Program-made: the position numbers and the translations under genes
Shown here: positions 29,201 through 32,000 of the stretch, one piece after another
Position numbering within the stretch: position 1 is the first letter of the stretch
Layout of the letters: the number at the start of each line of letters is the position of its first letter
The notes under the pieces: model-generated
The model's database searches: none
The model's input: the letters and a program-made list of their open reading frames with translations, nothing else
Told to the model about the DNA's origin: nothing
Assembly (NCBI RefSeq): GCF_000195955.2
Contig: NC_000962.3
Coordinates: 4,350,001 to 4,382,000 of the forward strand
DNA length: 32,000 nt
Direction: 5' to 3'
DNA from: Mycobacterium tuberculosis H37Rv
GTDB lineage: Bacteria > Actinomycetota > Actinomycetes > Mycobacteriales > Mycobacteriaceae

Positions 29201-30452
29201 CGCGCGCCCGCAACAGCGGCGCCGGGCGCTGGTCGTCATCGGCGTCTGCGCCATCGCGACCGGCCTTGACCGCGGTTGCCGCCCCATGTCGTTGGGCCAT
29301 CTCGAAGACCTGGTCCTCGGCGAACCCCACACCGGTGCCCACCCGGGACGCGATGCGCAGCACCGTAAGCCCGGCCTTGCCGACCTGCCCGACCACGCTC
29401 TCCCACGCATCCGGGCTGCCGGTGTTGTCGTCGACGATCACCAGGTGCGGCCCCAAATCCACGCCGACCTGCCCGGTTTCCAGCGCCGAGCCCATCGCGG
29501 TTGGGCTGGCCACCGTCGGCGGGGTCCATGCGCCTCGCTTGCCCTTCATATGCAGCTCGGCTCCCAGCGCCGCCTCCAGTTCCTCGGGTGTGGCAAAGAT
29601 CAGCCGCCGCCAGCCGCAGGCATCGAACAGCTCGTCGTGCAGGTTGTGGGGGAGCCACACCATCCACGCCCACACCTCGCGGTTGCGCGTCACCACCATC
29701 AGCTTGACGTCACGCGGGTTGTGAAACACCGCCAGCGAGCACAACACCGACCGCATCAGCGACCGCACCCGGTCCAGGTCCTCGCTCACGAAGCTGAAGC
29801 CTGGTGCCGACCGTAGGTTCACCACCTTGGCGATATCGCGAATCTTGCGCTGCTCCAAGATGAAATCGCGCAGCGCCTGCCCGGTCACGGGCTCTAGCTC
29901 CTCATCGGAGGAAATGTCCGGCCAGGTCACCGACAACACCGAATCTGGTGCGTGCTGCACACCCGTGCCCACCCGCACCTCTAAGAAGTCGACGTCGCCG
30001 CGGCCACGCTCCCACATCCGCGGACCGCCAATGATGGCGCCCAGTCCGGGTGGGTCCGAATGCACGGCGTTCTGCCATTCACGTTGCGCACACACCGCCG
30101 TCTGGATTTCGTCGCGGTTGGTGTCCAGGTCACGAAGATATCGACGACGCCCCTTCTCCAACTCACCCCAGGTGATCTTGCGGGCTCGACCGAATCGTCC
30201 GGAGAACGCCAGCATGCTGAACGCGCCGATGCCCATCAGCGGGAAGAACCCCGTGGCCAAGCTGCGCACGCCCGACACGTACAGCATGACGATGGTGCCG
30301 ATCAGCGCCACGATCAACGCGGGAACGCCGATCATCACCCAGATGTTGCGCGGCTCGCGCTCCGGCAGAGCTATCGGCGGATTCGGAGCCACCCGAACGG
30401 GTTTCGGCGGGTCGATGTTGACGCGGTTGATGGGAAACGCTTTCTTGGACAT
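26262..30452 (-). CDS. eccC2: EccC2, ESX-2 FtsK/SpoIIIE-type ATPase, single-chain, 1396 aa
   Basis: Two N-terminal TM segments and three P-loops: GTSGSGKSELFLS, GAKQRGKTTTLMA, GRQGCGKTTALVA. Confidence 0.96.
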   Translation of the reverse strand: MSKKAFPINRVNIDPPKPVRVAPNPPIALPEREPRNIWVMIGVPALIVALIGTIVMLYVSGVRSLATGFFPLMGIGAFSMLAFSGRFGRARKITWGELEKGRRRYLRDLDTNRDEIQTAVCAQREWQNAVHSDPPGLGAIIGGPRMWERGRGDVDFLEVRVGTGVQHAPDSVLSVTWPDISSDEELEPVTGQALRDFILEQRKIRDIAKVVNLRSAPGFSFVSEDLDRVRSLMRSVLCSLAVFHNPRDVKLMVVTRNREVWAWMVWLPHNLHDELFDACGWRRLIFATPEELEAALGAELHMKGKRGAWTPPTVASPTAMGSALETGQVGVDLGPHLVIVDDNTGSPDAWESVVGQVGKAGLTVLRIASRVGTGVGFAEDQVFEMAQRHGAATAVKAGRDGADADDDQRPAPLLRARGTFFAHADQLSIHRAYRYARAMARWSPTSRSEVTDSTSGAAELLRSLGISDPRELDVDRLWAERRGRGDDRWCEIPVGAKPNGELQNIILRAKDFGGFGFHSVVIGTSGSGKSELFLSLVYGIALTHSPETFNVIFVDMKFESAAQDILGIPHVVAALSNLGKDERHLAERMRRVIDGEIKQRYELFKSVGARDANDYEEIRLAGRDLPPVPVLLVIVDEYLELFANHKKWIDLIIHIGQEGRGANVFFMLGGQRLDLSSLQKVKSNIAFRIALRAESGDDSREVIGSDAAYHLPSKENGFALLKVGPRDLEPFRCFYLSAPFVVPKKKEVARTIDMTLTQPRLYDWQYQPLDAADAEALATAAAADAEPDEFLYYDDGFKKKKIVDVLRESLYNVPHRSPRRPWLAPLEDPEPVDRLVAAYRGKPWHVDYGQNPGLMFPVGVMDIPEESQQVVHAVDALRSNIIVVGAKQRGKTTTLMALMCSAATMYTPERVTFFCIGGATMAQIGSLPHVTDIVSPKDAEGIERILSTMDALIDAREEAFRRAKIDMDGFRERRFGIGGDGVGGTDPTDAFGDVFVVLDDYDDLYAKDTLLGDRIISLSSRGPEYGVHLMCSAGGWIHGQRQSLLQNVTARIQLRLADPGESQMGHLSIESREAARRTLNRPGFGLTESLHELRIGVPALADPGTGELVGITDVGARIADVAGVTKHASLQRLPQRVELSAIVEHEAVHQGGDDLSIAFAIGERHELGPVPIKLRESPGLMILGRQGCGKTTALVAIGEAVMNRFSPQQAQLTLIDPKTAPHGLRDLHAPGYVRAYAYDQDEIDEVITELAQQILLPRLPPKGLSQEELRALKPWEGPRHFVLIDDVQDLRPAQSYPQKPPVGAALWKLMERARQVGLHVFSTRNSANWATMPMDPWVKSQTSAKVAQLYMDNDPQNRINRSVRAQTLPPGRGLLVGADGDVEGILVGYPSVPGEQ

Positions 30453-31940
30453 CTAGGCGCCCGCCTTCGCCGTTGTCGTCACAATGGCCACCTGGCCGAG
30501 GGTGGGCACAGTATCGCGAGCCAAGAGTGCCGCATCCCGCGACAGAGCCGGTCCCGCAGCAAAAGTCCGCAGCAACGGCCACGGCGCCTGCACGGCCGCA
30601 CCCGGATCCAGGCCCAGCGCCCGCAGCGTCGCCTCGTCGTTGGCGATCCCGAATCGCACCCCATTGCCGGACACCCAGAACAACGATTCGCGCGACTCGG
30701 CGGTGATCACACCGCTGGTCGATGTCACGAAGTTGGCCGCGCCGGGCAACACCAGCACCTGGGTGGCCACCACCGACGCCGGGGCGCGGTCATCGCGTAC
30801 CAGCCGCACGATCCGGCTGTCCATCGACGGGGGCACCGGAAGCCCCCGCCCGTTGTAGACCGCGACCCGGGCCTGTGGATCCGTCGACGCCTTCTCCCAC
30901 GACACGCAGGTGGTCGGATCCGCCGCGGTGTCAACGAAATTCAGCCGCCCGGCCGGGTAGTACTCCACCGGCAGCGAGGTCACCTGCGGTGTGTGGACCA
31001 GCACATCGGGGGTCACCACCCGCGGCGCCGCCGCCCCGTAGGAGTTCGCGCTGCGCAGCAGATCGGCCACGAAGCTGCTGATCTTTTGCACCCCGTCGGG
31101 CAGCAGCACATAGAACTGGCTGCCCCCGCCGGCGGTTTGGGCCTGCAACACCGATCCCACCCGAGCGCCCGGCACCCACGTCGACGGGGTGCCCGCCTCG
31201 GGCACCGCTGGCACCCGCAGCGGCTCGGTCGCGGGCAGCCCGTCGAAGAGCGCCCGTGAGATCTGTATTGGTGATGTCACGCCGGGGTCGAGCCCCAAGC
31301 TCAAGGTGACCGCCCTGTTGGTCGGATCGATCTGTGAGCGTTTGCCACCCCAGATCACGTAGGTGCTGCCGTCGAAAGTCACCAGCAGCCCGGCGTCGTC
31401 GCGCAGGTGTGTGGCGCGGCCACCGCCGGTGATCGGGCCCGCGATCGAGGTGACCACCGGCTTGTCCGCGCTGCGCGGGCGTCCCGCCGTGTCGCACACC
31501 GCCCACGCCGAGACCGCGCCCCGGTTCACCGGCATGGCCGCGGGTGCGCCCGGGATGCCGACCAGCGGCCCGGTCGGATACTTGGCGATCTCGGCGGGCT
31601 TGACCCATGTCGGCTGCCCCGCCGTGCCGGTGGCCAGCCGCGCGGACGTCAAGTTCAGCGCCGGATACAACCGGCCGTCGATGCGCGCGTAGAGTGCCCC
31701 GGAGTCGCGGTCCCCGATGATCGCCGAGTCACCCACAATGCCGGTGGGCTTGAGCACGTTGAGCAGCATCATCCATCCGGCGGCAATGGCCACCAACACC
31801 ATCGACAACGCCAGCGCGGCGGTCTGCTTGCGGTCGTCGTGTTTCATGCGCACCGAGAACCGGGTGGTCGCCGCCCGCAGCCGCCGGTTGTAGAACAGAT
31901 GACCGGAATTTTGGTCGCGGTTGGACAAACTCAGCGGCAT
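30453..31940 (-). CDS. eccB2: EccB2, ESX-2 membrane core component, 495 aa
   Basis: MPLSLSNRDQNSGHLFYNRRLRAATTRFSVRMKHDDRKQTAALALSMVLVAIAAGWMMLLNVLKP (cytosolic N-terminus plus single TM); directly upstream of eccC2. The ORF track start at 31946 is 2 codons longer. Confidence 0.93.
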   Translation of the reverse strand: MPLSLSNRDQNSGHLFYNRRLRAATTRFSVRMKHDDRKQTAALALSMVLVAIAAGWMMLLNVLKPTGIVGDSAIIGDRDSGALYARIDGRLYPALNLTSARLATGTAGQPTWVKPAEIAKYPTGPLVGIPGAPAAMPVNRGAVSAWAVCDTAGRPRSADKPVVTSIAGPITGGGRATHLRDDAGLLVTFDGSTYVIWGGKRSQIDPTNRAVTLSLGLDPGVTSPIQISRALFDGLPATEPLRVPAVPEAGTPSTWVPGARVGSVLQAQTAGGGSQFYVLLPDGVQKISSFVADLLRSANSYGAAAPRVVTPDVLVHTPQVTSLPVEYYPAGRLNFVDTAADPTTCVSWEKASTDPQARVAVYNGRGLPVPPSMDSRIVRLVRDDRAPASVVATQVLVLPGAANFVTSTSGVITAESRESLFWVSGNGVRFGIANDEATLRALGLDPGAAVQAPWPLLRTFAAGPALSRDAALLARDTVPTLGQVAIVTTTAKAGA

Positions 31941-32000
31941 TCTCAATACCCCCTGGGGCTGCGGCGAGGATCGGCCTGCTGGATCAGATCGGCCAGATTC

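Noticed and set aside
26262-30452. EccC2 single-chain versus split EccCa1/EccCb1 as a novelty
   Set aside because: A fused EccC is the usual arrangement outside ESX-1, so the difference is established knowledge rather than a new observation.

Overview
This 32 kb high-GC window is a mycobacterial type VII secretion region. It covers the 3' part of ESX-1 and nearly all of the adjacent ESX-2 locus, from M. tuberculosis or a very close relative. Protein lengths and gene order match my recollection of H37Rv Rv3871 (3' end) to Rv3895c, with window coordinate equal to genome coordinate minus about 4,350,000. That offset is recalled, not searched.

The plus strand carries eccCb1 (partial), PE35, PPE68, esxB, esxA, espI, eccD1 and espJ. 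The minus strand carries espK, espL, espB, eccE1 and mycP1, followed by ESX-2 eccA2, eccE2, mycP2, eccD2, Rv3888c-like, espG2, esxC, esxD, PPE69, PE36, eccC2 and eccB2. No tRNA, rRNA, CRISPR array or insertion sequence was seen.

The locus itself is well known. The strongest re-reading signals are in ESX-2. (1) PE36 is cut by an in-frame TAG. The same frame continues for 23 codons, completes a 101-residue PE-like domain, contains the YxxxE motif (YVTTE), and ends 6 nt before PPE69. (2) The ParA/MinD-like ESX-2 protein has lost the P-loop lysine (KGGVGVTT) and also a conserved switch aspartate. (3) EsxD has MEGHE where its EsxB-like partners have YxxxD/E, and EsxC has FAG at the WXG position. 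Together these suggest an altered or partly decayed ESX-2 substrate module. Other signals are 10-bp phased repeats and a promoter-like element upstream of mycP1, a terminator-like hairpin after esxA, and coding tandem repeats in espI and espK.
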